Positions 7,309 to 16,912 of a DNA stretch of 46,907 nucleotides are shown one piece after another. Each line of letters starts with the position of its first letter. The stretch's first letter is position 1. This DNA comes from Acidobacteriota bacterium (GTDB lineage Bacteria > Acidobacteriota > UBA4820 > DSQY01). The stretch lies in contig JBMFSH010000020.1 in assembly GCA_049967655.1 (NCBI GenBank), positions 1 through 46,907 of the forward strand, given 5' to 3'. Both the position numbers and the translations under genes were made by a program. Under the pieces are notes generated by a model, which ran no database searches, was not told the DNA's origin, and saw nothing but the letters and a program-made list of their open reading frames with translations.

Positions 7309-7380
7309 GGAGACAATGCCTTTCCCCCGTGAACCCGAGCGGTGGCCGGAGGCACCCGCGTTTCCATTGCGGAATTTGGG
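7309..7380 (+). repeat. Dispersed ~72-bp repeat, copy 2
   Basis: GGAGACAATGCCTTTCCCCCGTGAACCCGAGCGGTGGCCGGAGGCACCCGCGTTTCCATTGCGGAATTTGGG; 5 mismatches to copy 3 over 72 bp. Confidence 0.95.
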
Positions 7381-7461
7381 CGAGCTGTGATCGAGAAGGG
7401 GCGGACCTTTAGCCCTAGAGCCGGCGCAGGGCCGAAGGGGCGCGCCTGCGTGGAATCCCCC

Positions 7462-8718
7462 TCACCGGACGAGAAGCTTCCGGATCTCTTGTAGGGCGCC
7501 GAGAAGAACGTCCACCTCCGCCCGGGTATTGTACAAGTAGAGTGAGGCGCGAAGGGTATTGTCCATGCCGAGGTGTGTCATCAGTGGTTGGGCACAGTGA
7601 TGGCCCGAGCGCACGGCTATGGCGAAGCGGTCCAGGAGGTTAGCCGCGTCGTGGGGATGAGCGCCCTCCACGTTGAACGAAAACACCGCCAGGTGGTCCC
7701 CAGCGCGGTGCCCATACAGCGTAAGCCATGGACATTTATTCAACTGCTCCAGGGTGTAGTGCTCAAGTTCTTTTTCATATTGATAAACATTTTCCATGCC
7801 GATGGAAGAGAGGTAATCGACGGCTGCGCCCAGCCCGATGCCCTCCGCAATGGCGCTCGTACCCGCTTCGAATTTCCACGGCAGCTCGTTCCAGGTGGAG
7901 CCCTCGGTGGTAACGGTGGCGATCATGTCGCCACCGGTCAAGAAGGGCGGCATCTCCTGCAGGAGCGCCTTGCGCCCGTAAAGGAACCCGATCCCCGTGG
8001 GGCCAAGCATCTTGTGGCCAGAAGCCACGAAGAAATCGCATCCCAGCGACTGCACGTCGACGGGCAGATGGGGGGTGGATTGGGCTCCGTCCAACAGCAG
8101 AAGGGCACCGACCCCCTGGGCCATGGCTCGAATCTCTTCAACCGGGTTGATGACGCCGAGGACGTTGCTGGCGTGCACCAGTCCCACGAGTTTGGTCCTG
8201 GTCGTGATCAGGCGACGCGCGGCCTCAAGGTCAAGGGTTCCCTGAGGGGTCACGGGGATGAACTTCAGGACGATGCCGAGCCTCTCGCGCAGCATTTGCC
8301 AGGGCACGATATCGCTGTGGTGTTCCATGAGTGAGACCACCACCTCATCCCCTGCCCTCAAGGCGGCCTGCCCCCAGGTCATGGCCACAAGGTTGAGCGC
8401 TTCGGTGGCGTTCCGCACGAAGACAATTTCACGCCAAGACTTGGCGTTGATGAAGCGCGCCACCTTCTTGTGCGCATCCTCGTAAGCCACCGTGGCTTCA
8501 TAGCCGAGGGTGTGGATCGCCCTGTGGATGTTGGCGTTGTACTCCGTTAGGTAGGAGACCATGGCCTCCACGACCTGCCGGGGGCGCTGGGTGGTCGCCG
8601 CGTTGTCCATATAAATCAGCGGATGGTCGTGCACCCTGCGCTCGAAAATTGGGAAATCCCGGCGCACGGCCTCCACGTCGAAGCCGTTCGGGGCTATCCG
8701 TAAAGCTGACTCGGTCAT
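7462..8718 (-). CDS. sufS: Cysteine desulfurase SufS (group II)
   Basis: YMDNAATTQ, MEHHS, SGHKMLGPTG (PLP lysine), RSGHHCAQP. Start ATG 8718 overlaps the Rieske stop. Confidence 0.96.
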   Translation of the reverse strand: MTESALRIAPNGFDVEAVRRDFPIFERRVHDHPLIYMDNAATTQRPRQVVEAMVSYLTEYNANIHRAIHTLGYEATVAYEDAHKKVARFINAKSWREIVFVRNATEALNLVAMTWGQAALRAGDEVVVSLMEHHSDIVPWQMLRERLGIVLKFIPVTPQGTLDLEAARRLITTRTKLVGLVHASNVLGVINPVEEIRAMAQGVGALLLLDGAQSTPHLPVDVQSLGCDFFVASGHKMLGPTGIGFLYGRKALLQEMPPFLTGGDMIATVTTEGSTWNELPWKFEAGTSAIAEGIGLGAAVDYLSSIGMENVYQYEKELEHYTLEQLNKCPWLTLYGHRAGDHLAVFSFNVEGAHPHDAANLLDRFAIAVRSGHHCAQPLMTHLGMDNTLRASLYLYNTRAEVDVLLGALQEIRKLLVR

Positions 8719-9035
8719 GGCTGTGACTCCTTGAGGAACACCTTGCCTTCGACAATCCGGACTTCGCGGGTGGCAATCGCCTCGATGGCGGGCATGGACA
8801 CGGCCTCTCCCGTGGCCACGTTGAATCTGGCACCGTGGTGCGGGCAAACCCAGGCGTCCCCCTCCAGATGGCCTCCCTCCAGCTCCATATCCTGATGGGA
8901 ACAGAGATAGCCAAGCGCGAAAACCTCCTCGCCCCGGCGGACGAGCAGCACCTCCTCGCCACCCACGACCACGCGGAGCCCTTCGGGTCCGATATCATCG
9001 AGGGCGGCGACGGCTTCAAACCCCTCCATCGTCAT
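8715..9035 (-). CDS. Rieske-type [2Fe-2S] ferredoxin
   Basis: CSH...CPHHGARF Rieske motifs; 106 aa. Confidence 0.92.
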   Translation of the reverse strand: MTMEGFEAVAALDDIGPEGLRVVVGGEEVLLVRRGEEVFALGYLCSHQDMELEGGHLEGDAWVCPHHGARFNVATGEAVSMPAIEAIATREVRIVEGKVFLKESQP

Positions 9036-9463
9036 TCGTCCTCCTCCTCACCCGGCCAATGGGCCTGCCCATAAACCCCGGACTTGAGCACCTTGAGAGC
9101 CAGCAGGGCGCACTTCAGGCGCATGGGACCAATGGGGATGCCGAGGTTTTCCAGCATGTCGTCCTTGGTGAACTCCTTGACCCGTTCCAACGACTCCCCC
9201 TTCATGAGGTCCGTGAGGATAGAAGCGGCGGCCTGGCTGATGATGCAGCCCTTTCCCTCGAACTTGATGTCCTCGATGAGGCCGTCGCGAGTCTTGAGTG
9301 CGATGCGCATCTGGTCGCCGCAGGATGGGTTCCCCTCTTCGTGGACGATGTCCGCACCGGGCAGGGGGCCAAAGTTGTGAGGGTGCTTGTAGTGGTCCAG
9401 GAGCAGATCCATCATCAGCGGATCCACATCCAGGAGCTGGTTGGGATTGGGGATTTCCGTCAT
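9032..9463 (-). CDS. sufU: SufU/IscU-type Fe-S scaffold / sulfur-transfer protein
   Basis: DHYKHPHNFG, NPSCGD, GCIISQAAAS, RLKCALL. Confidence 0.92.
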   Translation of the reverse strand: MTEIPNPNQLLDVDPLMMDLLLDHYKHPHNFGPLPGADIVHEEGNPSCGDQMRIALKTRDGLIEDIKFEGKGCIISQAAASILTDLMKGESLERVKEFTKDDMLENLGIPIGPMRLKCALLALKVLKSGVYGQAHWPGEEEDE

Positions 9464-10683
9464 AGGTTCACCCTGTTCTCCAATAATGGGTCGAGGATCT
9501 GCGGCACAAAAGCAAAAGGAGCCCTTCCGAACAGGCTCTCTAGAAAGCCCACCACCAGGAGCCGGCGCGCGTGCTCTGGACTCAAGCCCCGGCTCTCCAG
9601 ATAGTAGAGCTGCTCCTCATCCACCTGCCCGACGCTCGCCGCATGGGAGGCCTTCACGTCGAGGGCCTTGATCTCCAACCCGGGAATCGAGTCCGCCCGG
9701 GCCTGAGGTGAGAGGAGCAGGACGTGGTCGGACAGGAGGGCCTCGCTGAAATTGGCCTCCTTTTCCATGAGAAGGTTGCCCGTGAAGATGGCTCGGGACG
9801 AGCCCGCGGCCACCGTCTTGACCTGGACGTCGCTGCGCGTGTGGTGGTCCAGCATGCGCACCCGGCTGTCGAGGTCGAAGTGCTCCTTTCCGGTGGAAAG
9901 GACGAGGTGGCTCTCCGTCCAGCTCGCTCCGGGAGCGGTCAGATCCGCCTGCATCCGGGTCACGCCCCATCGCCCCCCCATCCACGCCGAAAAGATCTCC
10001 ACGGCCGCGTCCTTGCCCACCTTGAAGGAGGCCGACAAGTGGTGGTGCGAGCCATTTCCTTCGTGGAGAAGGAAGAGCTTCAACCTGGCCCCGTCGGCGA
10101 TCCGCATTCCCAACGTGCTGATACGGAAAGAATCCGCCTCCGCCAGGTCCCTGAAATGAAGGAAGAGGGAAAACTCCTCCCTCTCCCCCACCTCCAGGAA
10201 CAGAGGCTCCAGAACGAGGCCGTCGGCCGCCTCCAGGGCGAGGTAGGCGACGCCTCCATCGGGCTGTCCGGAGGGCCTCTTCAGGTAATACCCCTGCTGC
10301 CACGCGGCCATGACCAAGTGATCCCATGCGGTATCCGGCAGGGGCACCCTGTCGAAGAAGGGGCGATCCCCGCGGAGCACCTCGCCGAGAGGATGGACCC
10401 ACTGCGAAACAGCCTTCATGGACGCTAGGCCCTCAACCCCGGAAGGGGCGGCCAAGCTGGGCGAGGGGGCCGCAGGAGAGAGCCGCTTCCAGTTCAAGTT
10501 CAGACGGGAGTATCGGCCCAGAACCGGAGGCGTTTCTCCGAAGCGCAGGAGGTGATTCTTGCGAGCCTCCAGCAACCACTCGGGCTCTCCCCGAGACCGT
10601 GAGGTCTCCCGAATGGCCTCCAGATCAAAGGGAGCGACAGCTTCCACCCCTTTCCCCAATCCGTTCGCGTGGCCCTGGGTCAT
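9460..10683 (-). CDS. sufD: Fe-S assembly protein SufD
   Basis: C-terminal [35 protein letters not shown]; follows sufB. Confidence 0.9.
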   Translation of the reverse strand: MTQGHANGLGKGVEAVAPFDLEAIRETSRSRGEPEWLLEARKNHLLRFGETPPVLGRYSRLNLNWKRLSPAAPSPSLAAPSGVEGLASMKAVSQWVHPLGEVLRGDRPFFDRVPLPDTAWDHLVMAAWQQGYYLKRPSGQPDGGVAYLALEAADGLVLEPLFLEVGEREEFSLFLHFRDLAEADSFRISTLGMRIADGARLKLFLLHEGNGSHHHLSASFKVGKDAAVEIFSAWMGGRWGVTRMQADLTAPGASWTESHLVLSTGKEHFDLDSRVRMLDHHTRSDVQVKTVAAGSSRAIFTGNLLMEKEANFSEALLSDHVLLLSPQARADSIPGLEIKALDVKASHAASVGQVDEEQLYYLESRGLSPEHARRLLVVGFLESLFGRAPFAFVPQILDPLLENRVNL

Positions 10684-12086
10684 CCCACCGCCCCTTCCAT
10701 CTCGAGCTGAATGAGCCGGTTGAGTTCGATGGCGTATTCCATGGGGAGCTCCTTGGCGAAGGGTTCGATGAAGCCTTGGACGATCATGGCCGTGGCGTCC
10801 GATTCGGAGAGGCCCCGGGACATGAGGTAGAAAATCTGCTCGTCGCTGATCTTGCCTACCGTGGCCTCGTGAGCGATGGCCACCTTGTCCTCATCGATTT
10901 CCATGGTGGGGTAGGTATCCGAGCGGCTTTGAGGGTCCAGCATGAGCGCGTCGCATTTGACCGAGGCCTTCACGCCGGTGGCGCCCTTCGCCACCTTGAG
11001 CAGGCCCCGATAGCTGGTCCGCCCCGCCCCCTTGCTGATGGACTTGCTCGTGATGGTGGAGCTGGTGTTGGGAGCCTTGTGGATGATCTTCGCGCCCGCA
11101 TCCTGGTGCTGGTCGCTGGTGGCGAAGGCGATGGAGAGGATGGTGCCGCGCGCATGCTCACCCACCAGGTAGATCGAAGGGTACTTCATGGTGAGGCGCG
11201 ATCCCATGTTGCCATCCACCCACTCCATGGTGGCCCCCTCGTAGGCGATGGCCCTCTGGGTCACAAGGTTGTAGATGTTGTGGGCCCAATTCTGGATGGT
11301 CGTGTATCGCACCTTGGCCCCTCGCTTCACGAAGATCTCGATGACCCCCGTGTGCAGGGACTTGGTGGAGTACTGCGGGGCCGTGCATCCCTCGATGTAG
11401 TGGAGCTGAGCGCCCTCATCCGCGATGATGATGGTGCGCTCGAACTGGCCCATGTTTTCCGAGTTGATCCGGAAGTAGGCCTGGAGGGGGATGTCCAGCT
11501 TCACTCCCTTGGGCACGTAAATGAAGCTGCCCCCGGACCAGCAGGCCGTGTTCAGCGCGGCGAACTTGTTGTCCTCGGGCGGAACCAGGGAGGCGAAGTG
11601 CTCCCGGAAGAGCGCTGGGAACTCTCGAAGCCCCGAGTCCGTATCCAGGAAGATGACGCCCTTCTTGGCCAGGTCTTCGTGGATGGAGTGATACACCATC
11701 TCCGACTCATACTGCGCGCCAACGCCCGCCAGGAACTTCCGCTCCGCCTCGGGAATTCCCAGTCGGTCGAAGGTTTTGCGGATGTTTTCCGGGACGTCCT
11801 CCCACCGGTCCTCCCGCTTGTCGCTCGGCTTGATGTAGTAGGTGTAGGCGTCGAAATCCATCTCCGAGAGGTCTCCGCCCCACCGAGGCATGGGCTTTCC
11901 CAAGAACACCTCATAGGCGCGTAGACGGATGTCGGTCATCCAGTCCGGCTCCTTTTTATGGCGCGAGATGTCCATGATCGTCTCCCGAGTCAACCCCTTC
12001 GCCGAACGGTACACGGCGCTTTCGGGATCGATGAAGTCGTACTTGCTCTGATCTAGGTCGAGAGCGCTCGTGGTTTTGGCGTTCAT
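10680..12086 (-). CDS. sufB: Fe-S assembly protein SufB
   Basis: [54 protein letters not shown]. Confidence 0.97.
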   Translation of the reverse strand: MNAKTTSALDLDQSKYDFIDPESAVYRSAKGLTRETIMDISRHKKEPDWMTDIRLRAYEVFLGKPMPRWGGDLSEMDFDAYTYYIKPSDKREDRWEDVPENIRKTFDRLGIPEAERKFLAGVGAQYESEMVYHSIHEDLAKKGVIFLDTDSGLREFPALFREHFASLVPPEDNKFAALNTACWSGGSFIYVPKGVKLDIPLQAYFRINSENMGQFERTIIIADEGAQLHYIEGCTAPQYSTKSLHTGVIEIFVKRGAKVRYTTIQNWAHNIYNLVTQRAIAYEGATMEWVDGNMGSRLTMKYPSIYLVGEHARGTILSIAFATSDQHQDAGAKIIHKAPNTSSTITSKSISKGAGRTSYRGLLKVAKGATGVKASVKCDALMLDPQSRSDTYPTMEIDEDKVAIAHEATVGKISDEQIFYLMSRGLSESDATAMIVQGFIEPFAKELPMEYAIELNRLIQLEMEGAVG

Positions 12087-12152
12087 TACCTGCTCCTTGT
12101 ATGGCGAAGGTTCCCCCGCCGGAGCCTGGCCCCCGCGGAAGGCACGGAAGCT

Positions 12153-12932
12153 CTACACGACATTGAATTCCTTGAGGATCCAATCGTAGCCCTTCTGCTC
12201 CAGTTCTCGTGCCAACTCCATGCCGCGCGAGCAGAGAACCTTGCCGGCGGCCATCACGTGCACCCTGTCGGGCTGAAGGTACTCCAGAATCCTGGGGTAG
12301 TGGGTGATGATCAGCGCCGTGAACTCCGGGCCCTTGAGGGACCGTATGCCCTCGGCCACGACTTTGGTGGAATCTATGTCCAGCCCCGAGTCGATCTCGT
12401 CCATGATGACCATCCGCGGGGCGAGCATCTGCATTTGCGCGATCTCAACGCGCTTCTTTTCGCCGCCGGAGGCCCCCACGTTCAGGTGACGCATGGCGAA
12501 ATCCGCCGGCATCTTGAGGCTCTCCAGCGAGGCGTTCAGCCGCTTCCGGAAAGCCAGGATCTCCTTGGGGTTCTTCTTGGCGTTGCCGTCTGCCCCACTC
12601 CGACCGGCCTGATAGGCATTCCAGAGAAAGTGCGAGAGAGTGACTCCCGGAACCTCCACCGGGTACTGATAGGCGAGAAAAAGGCCCTTGCGAGCTCGTT
12701 CGTGAACCTTGAGGGAGAGAAGATCTTCCCCAAACAGGTACGCGTCTCCCTGGGTCACCACGTAGCGGGGATGTCCCATGAGCGTATGGGCCAGTGTGGT
12801 CTTGCCGCTGCCGTTGGGGCCCATGATGACGTGGATCTCTCCCTTGGGGACTTGCAGATCGATGCCCTTCAGGACCTCTTTTTCTTCGATGACCGCATGG
12901 AGGTTGCGGATATCAAGCGCCAGCTCGGGCAT
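12153..12932 (-). CDS. sufC: Fe-S assembly ATPase SufC
   Basis: Walker A GPNGSGKT, LAYQYPVEVPGV, SGGEKKR, DEIDSGLDID, ITHY. Confidence 0.96.
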   Translation of the reverse strand: MPELALDIRNLHAVIEEKEVLKGIDLQVPKGEIHVIMGPNGSGKTTLAHTLMGHPRYVVTQGDAYLFGEDLLSLKVHERARKGLFLAYQYPVEVPGVTLSHFLWNAYQAGRSGADGNAKKNPKEILAFRKRLNASLESLKMPADFAMRHLNVGASGGEKKRVEIAQMQMLAPRMVIMDEIDSGLDIDSTKVVAEGIRSLKGPEFTALIITHYPRILEYLQPDRVHVMAAGKVLCSRGMELARELEQKGYDWILKEFNVV

Positions 12933-13380
12933 ACTTCCTCTCCTTCTCCTTCAACTGGGCCAGCCTCTGTTCCCCAGTCGGTTGGGGAAGGAGGTCTTTC
13001 AACGTCGTCTCTCGGAATATCTCTTCGACGGTATTCTTGAGCCTGTGCCACACAGATACCTGTGTACATCCCTTGAAAAACATGCAATTTTTCTGATCTT
13101 CCATGCATTCGACGAGCCGCATCTCACCCTCGATGACCGCATAAACCTGCATGAGGGTGATCTCCGCTGGAGAGCGCCGGAGGCAGTAACCGCCATCCCG
13201 CCCCAGGGTGGAGCTGACCAGCCCGCCCCGCACCAAGTTGCGCATCACCTTGGCCAGGTAGGAGAGCGGAACGTTCTGCGATTCCGCGATGGTCCTCAGC
13301 TCAGCAGAAGCGCCATCGGGGAGGAGCGCGAGGAACACCAAACTCCTCACCGCGTAATCAAACCCTTTGCTCAGTTGCAT
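12913..13380 (-). CDS. Rrf2-family (IscR/SufR-like) Fe-S-sensing transcriptional regulator
   Basis: wHTH with GRDGGYCL and three C-terminal Cys (C-x6-C-x5-C). Start ATG 13380 with GGGAG SD; first gene of the suf operon. Confidence 0.92.
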   Translation of the reverse strand: MQLSKGFDYAVRSLVFLALLPDGASAELRTIAESQNVPLSYLAKVMRNLVRGGLVSSTLGRDGGYCLRRSPAEITLMQVYAVIEGEMRLVECMEDQKNCMFFKGCTQVSVWHRLKNTVEEIFRETTLKDLLPQPTGEQRLAQLKEKERKYARAGA

Positions 13381-13406
13381 GAACTTCTCCCAAAATCGAA
13401 CAATCA

Positions 13407-13465
13407 TGGAGTTAATGACTCCACGATTGAGGAGTTAATGTAACACCCGCCCCCTGGGCTGTCAA
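13407..13465 (-). promoter_or_regulatory. Sigma70 promoter of the suf operon with overlapping operator half-sites
   Basis: TTGACA (13460-13465), 17 bp, TACATT (13437-13442) with extended TG. Half-sites GGAGTTA/TGACTCC/GGAGTTA at 13408-13437 overlap the predicted start site. Confidence 0.75.
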
Positions 13466-13466
13466 G

Positions 13467-13492
13467 CACGCCCGTGTGCCACGCCCGTGTGC
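13467..13492 (+). repeat. 13-bp tandem duplication CACGCCCGTGTGC x2
   Basis: Exact direct repeat immediately upstream of the suf -35 box. Confidence 0.9.
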
Positions 13493-13544
13493 CTTCAGGA
13501 ACGGGCTGGTGAGTTTCACACCGTCACCATGCTAAAGTGACTCC

Positions 13545-15125
13545 ATGGCGGCGGTATCCAGCATACGCTTCTCCAGCCACTTGCTACGCTCCATCAAGCG
13601 ACAGATCCGCGAGGTCCGGGGACCCGAGGACGAGGAGGTGGAGGCCTACTACCGGCCCTATTCCGACTTTTTTCGCCACCGGAGCGCCGTTTCCGTCGAA
13701 CCCTCCGTCTTCCTGGCGGAATGCAAGCTCTCTTCGCTCATCCTGGTGGGCGACTTCCACACCCTGGACCAGGCGCAGAAAACTTTCCTCTGGATTCTCG
13801 AGGAAATGGGCAAGAGCCGAATCAGACCCATCGTGGTGCTGGAGATGGTCCTAGCCCGCCACGACACTCCCCTCCTGCACTATATTCGCGGGAAGATCGG
13901 AGAGCTCGAATTTCTAGAGCAGACGCGCTATTTCGACAACTGGGGGTTCGACTTTTCTCACTATGAGCCCATCTTCGCGTATGCGAGACGCTGGAAGCTG
14001 GCTGTACACGGACTCAACCAGGGCCAGTCCCTGTGCTATCGCGACCACTTCATGGCCCACCGCCTCAAGCATCTGCGAGACCGATACCCTGGCCAACCCC
14101 TGCTGGTCCTGGTGGGGGACCTCCACCTGGCGCCCGCTCACCTCCCCAGGGAGTTGGCCCAGGTTGGATTTGCCCGCCCGCTCGTTCTCTTTCAGAACAG
14201 CGAAGCGGTCTACATGCGCAAGCTTCGCAACGGCGTTAACCCGTCGGGGTGGTTTCGACTTGGCGGGGGACGATACTTGGTGAACAACACCCCCCCGTGG
14301 GTCAAAATGCAGACCTTCCTGACGTGGCTCGAACACGGGGGGGAGGCCCTTTGCCAGATGTACGGCTTCTGCCGTCGAGGCGAAGATCCCGAAGAGGCCC
14401 CCGATCTCACCGACACGGTGGTCAGATACCTGGACGCGCTTGCCAACCTGCTCCAGGTTCGGCAGGCTCCGCCGCCGGACTTCGAGGTCTACACCTTTCG
14501 TTCGCTGGAGTTTCTCCAGGATCCCTATTTCAAGAGGGGGGCCGGACGGCGCTTCGCGGCCCTGGTGCGGGATGGCCGCTCGGTGTACATCCACCAGCAT
14601 CAAATTCTCTACGTTCCCGAGCTGGATTTGAACCGCACCGTGGAGGAAGCCATGCATTTTCTGATGCATCGCGGCTTCAGGACCCGCTCCTCCCCCATCG
14701 CCTTCATGGCGCGAATCCACTACTACGCGAGCGGGTTCCTGGCATCCAAGCTGATCAACCCCTTGCGGAAGACGCCCAATGAAAGCCAGATGCGAGACTT
14801 CCTATCGAGCTTCCACACGTTGGCCAGGGAGAAGGACAGGGTCAAGCTAGGCCGTCAGGCGCTCGTTTTCTCGAGGGCGATCGAGTTCTTTCGGCTCATG
14901 AGACAACCGCTGGGGATCGCCCGCCTCGAACTGGAGCCCATGCTCCTGGCGGACTGGAAGACCCTCTACGGGCTTTCGCAGCAGATCGGCTATACGCTGG
15001 GGCTGGAACTGTACGAGCGATTCGACCGAGGAGAGCTGTCCGCGCTCGACCTCCGCCGGTACGCCTTCGAACAGCAGGACCCCCTCCTCTTTCATGGCTT
15101 GCGCAGCGAGGCCAAGGTTTCGTGA
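13545..15125 (+). CDS. ChaN-like (haem-uptake/TIKI-fold) domain protein with C-terminal extension, no signal peptide
   Basis: LILVGDFH, VVLEMV, W.FDFSHY.PIF, RDHFMA and LVLVGDLHL are ChaN-type motifs; the C-terminal ~280 aa are unrecognised. Confidence 0.65.
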   Translation: MAAVSSIRFSSHLLRSIKRQIREVRGPEDEEVEAYYRPYSDFFRHRSAVSVEPSVFLAECKLSSLILVGDFHTLDQAQKTFLWILEEMGKSRIRPIVVLEMVLARHDTPLLHYIRGKIGELEFLEQTRYFDNWGFDFSHYEPIFAYARRWKLAVHGLNQGQSLCYRDHFMAHRLKHLRDRYPGQPLLVLVGDLHLAPAHLPRELAQVGFARPLVLFQNSEAVYMRKLRNGVNPSGWFRLGGGRYLVNNTPPWVKMQTFLTWLEHGGEALCQMYGFCRRGEDPEEAPDLTDTVVRYLDALANLLQVRQAPPPDFEVYTFRSLEFLQDPYFKRGAGRRFAALVRDGRSVYIHQHQILYVPELDLNRTVEEAMHFLMHRGFRTRSSPIAFMARIHYYASGFLASKLINPLRKTPNESQMRDFLSSFHTLAREKDRVKLGRQALVFSRAIEFFRLMRQPLGIARLELEPMLLADWKTLYGLSQQIGYTLGLELYERFDRGELSALDLRRYAFEQQDPLLFHGLRSEAKVS

Positions 15126-16270
15126 GCGGCGGTGGGACCGAAGAGGCCAGCTTCGCTGTGCTGTTGGCGCGCGTCCCGGATCTGACGGCGAGGCTGGTGG
15201 ATTGGTATCGGAGGGGCCACAGAGACCTGCCTTGGCGTCATACTCAAGATCCCTATGCCCTCTGGGTAAGCGAGGTCATGCTCCAGCAGACCCAGGTCTC
15301 AACGGTCCTGGCGTTCTACGAGAGATTTCTCCTCCGGTATCCAAACGTGGAGTCCCTGGCGGCGGCAGATCGGGAGGCCCTTCTCAAGGCCTGGGAAGGC
15401 TTGGGGTACTACGGCCGCGCCAAGCGCATGCAGTTGGCCGCGAAGGCCATTCTGCAAGCGGGCGGATGGCCGCGCCGGGCGGTCGACCTGCAGGCCCTTC
15501 CCGGCGTCGGACGGAGCACCGCCGGCGCCATCGCCTCGTTCGCTTTCGGCCAGGCTGCGCCCATCTTGGACGGAAACATCAGGCGGATCTGGGCCAGGCT
15601 CCTAGGACTGGATCGGCCTGCCTCGGGCCAAGTCCTGTCCAGGCTTTGGCGGTTGTCGGAGGCGGCCGTCCAAAGCGCCGATCCGGCTCTGGTCAATCAG
15701 GCGCTCATGGAGCTGGGGGCCACCGTCTGCAAGCCGCGCAACCCCCTCTGCGGGGCATGCCCCCTTGTGAGCTGGTGCGAGGCCGCACGCAGCGGTGATC
15801 CCGAGAGATTCCCGCCGCGCACCCCCAGGCCAGCCCGCCCCCTCCTGGAGGTTTCCCTGGGGATCATATGGCGCGGGGGACGTTTCCTGGTAACCAGGCG
15901 CGCCCAGGATGGGTTTCTCGGCGGCCTCTGGGAATTGCCCGGGGGCAAATGGCAAGAGGGCGAGACCGCCCCCGAGGCCCTCCGCAGGGAGCTGCGGGAG
16001 GAGCTGGCCCTCGAAGTCGTCCACCTGCGCCCCCATCCCGCCCTGCGCCACGGCTACTCCCACTTTGAGGTGCGCCTTCACCCGTTCGAGTGCGAAGCCG
16101 CCGACGGTGCCGAGCCCCAGACCCCGCTCGCCTACCGGTGGATTCTGACCGAAGAGATCGGGACGCTCGCCTTTCCGGCCGGCACTCACAAGGTCTTCTC
16201 CAGGATATTTTCCCTCAGGAGGCGGGCCGCCGAATCTGCCGCTGCTTACGATACCAACGACGGCCGCTGA
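15122..16270 (+). CDS. mutY: A/G-specific adenine glycosylase
   Basis: WVSEVMLQQTQV, WEGLGYY, LPGVGRSTAGAI, DGNIRR, Fe-S loop C-x6-C-x2-C-x5-C, C-terminal NUDIX-like domain. Confidence 0.95.
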   Translation: MSGGGTEEASFAVLLARVPDLTARLVDWYRRGHRDLPWRHTQDPYALWVSEVMLQQTQVSTVLAFYERFLLRYPNVESLAAADREALLKAWEGLGYYGRAKRMQLAAKAILQAGGWPRRAVDLQALPGVGRSTAGAIASFAFGQAAPILDGNIRRIWARLLGLDRPASGQVLSRLWRLSEAAVQSADPALVNQALMELGATVCKPRNPLCGACPLVSWCEAARSGDPERFPPRTPRPARPLLEVSLGIIWRGGRFLVTRRAQDGFLGGLWELPGGKWQEGETAPEALRRELREELALEVVHLRPHPALRHGYSHFEVRLHPFECEAADGAEPQTPLAYRWILTEEIGTLAFPAGTHKVFSRIFSLRRRAAESAAAYDTNDGR

Positions 16271-16338
16271 CTGCAGCCAACGCACGGCCCTTGACCGCGC
16301 CGTGCCCTCTCTGGTTTCATAAGCGGGGGAGGCCGCCA

Positions 16339-16803
16339 TTGGCCAGCCGGACCGACAAGGTGTTGCTCTACGCTCTCCTTACGCTGATCCTTTTGGGTGG
16401 CCTCTGTGCCTGCTGCCTTTTTGCCGCCATCTTCACCCCGCTCCGATTTTGGACCCACGGTGGAGCCCCGGAGGCAGCCAAGGCCTATCTACGCAACAAT
16501 CCGGTTGTCGTGTCTCAAATCGGGCAGGTCATCAGTTTCGGCTGGTTCCCCAACGGCTCCGTGAGCGACGTGAACGGACGGGGGGAGGCCCATCTCCTCT
16601 TTGCCCTCAAGGGAACCAAGGGCGAAGGGCGCGCCGTTCTGGATCTGCAGAAGAAGCCAGATGCCAACTGGACCGTCGTCGCCGCTCGCCTCTACGTGGG
16701 GGGAAAGGAGTTCATCCTCCAGGAACCCCCCCTTGGAAGTCAGCCGCCCCCATCTCTCCCCGGAAGCAAGTCCGAACAAGGCTCGGATGGGTACAACACC
16801 TGA
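16339..16803 (+). CDS. Coa1-family-like membrane-anchored protein
   Basis: N-terminal TM then 'NPVVVSQIG..I.FGWFPNGSV...GRGEAHL...LKGTKGEG'; TTG start with GGGGAGG SD. Confidence 0.6.
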   Translation: MASRTDKVLLYALLTLILLGGLCACCLFAAIFTPLRFWTHGGAPEAAKAYLRNNPVVVSQIGQVISFGWFPNGSVSDVNGRGEAHLLFALKGTKGEGRAVLDLQKKPDANWTVVAARLYVGGKEFILQEPPLGSQPPPSLPGSKSEQGSDGYNT

Positions 16804-16912
16804 TCCGACCGTCCGCTCACCACCGTCGTCCGATTTCATGATTCTAAGTGGTTAGCCTTGGCCGCGGCCGTAGCGCGGTTTGGACGAGTTTGGTGATCGG
16901 CCGGTGGACCGG

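Noticed and set aside
8350..9366. KOPS (GGGNAGGG) polarity toward dif
   Set aside because: By eye both orientations occur right of dif (e.g. CCCTGCCC at 8350-8357 and GGGCAGGG at 9359-9366), so polarity cannot be claimed without a count.
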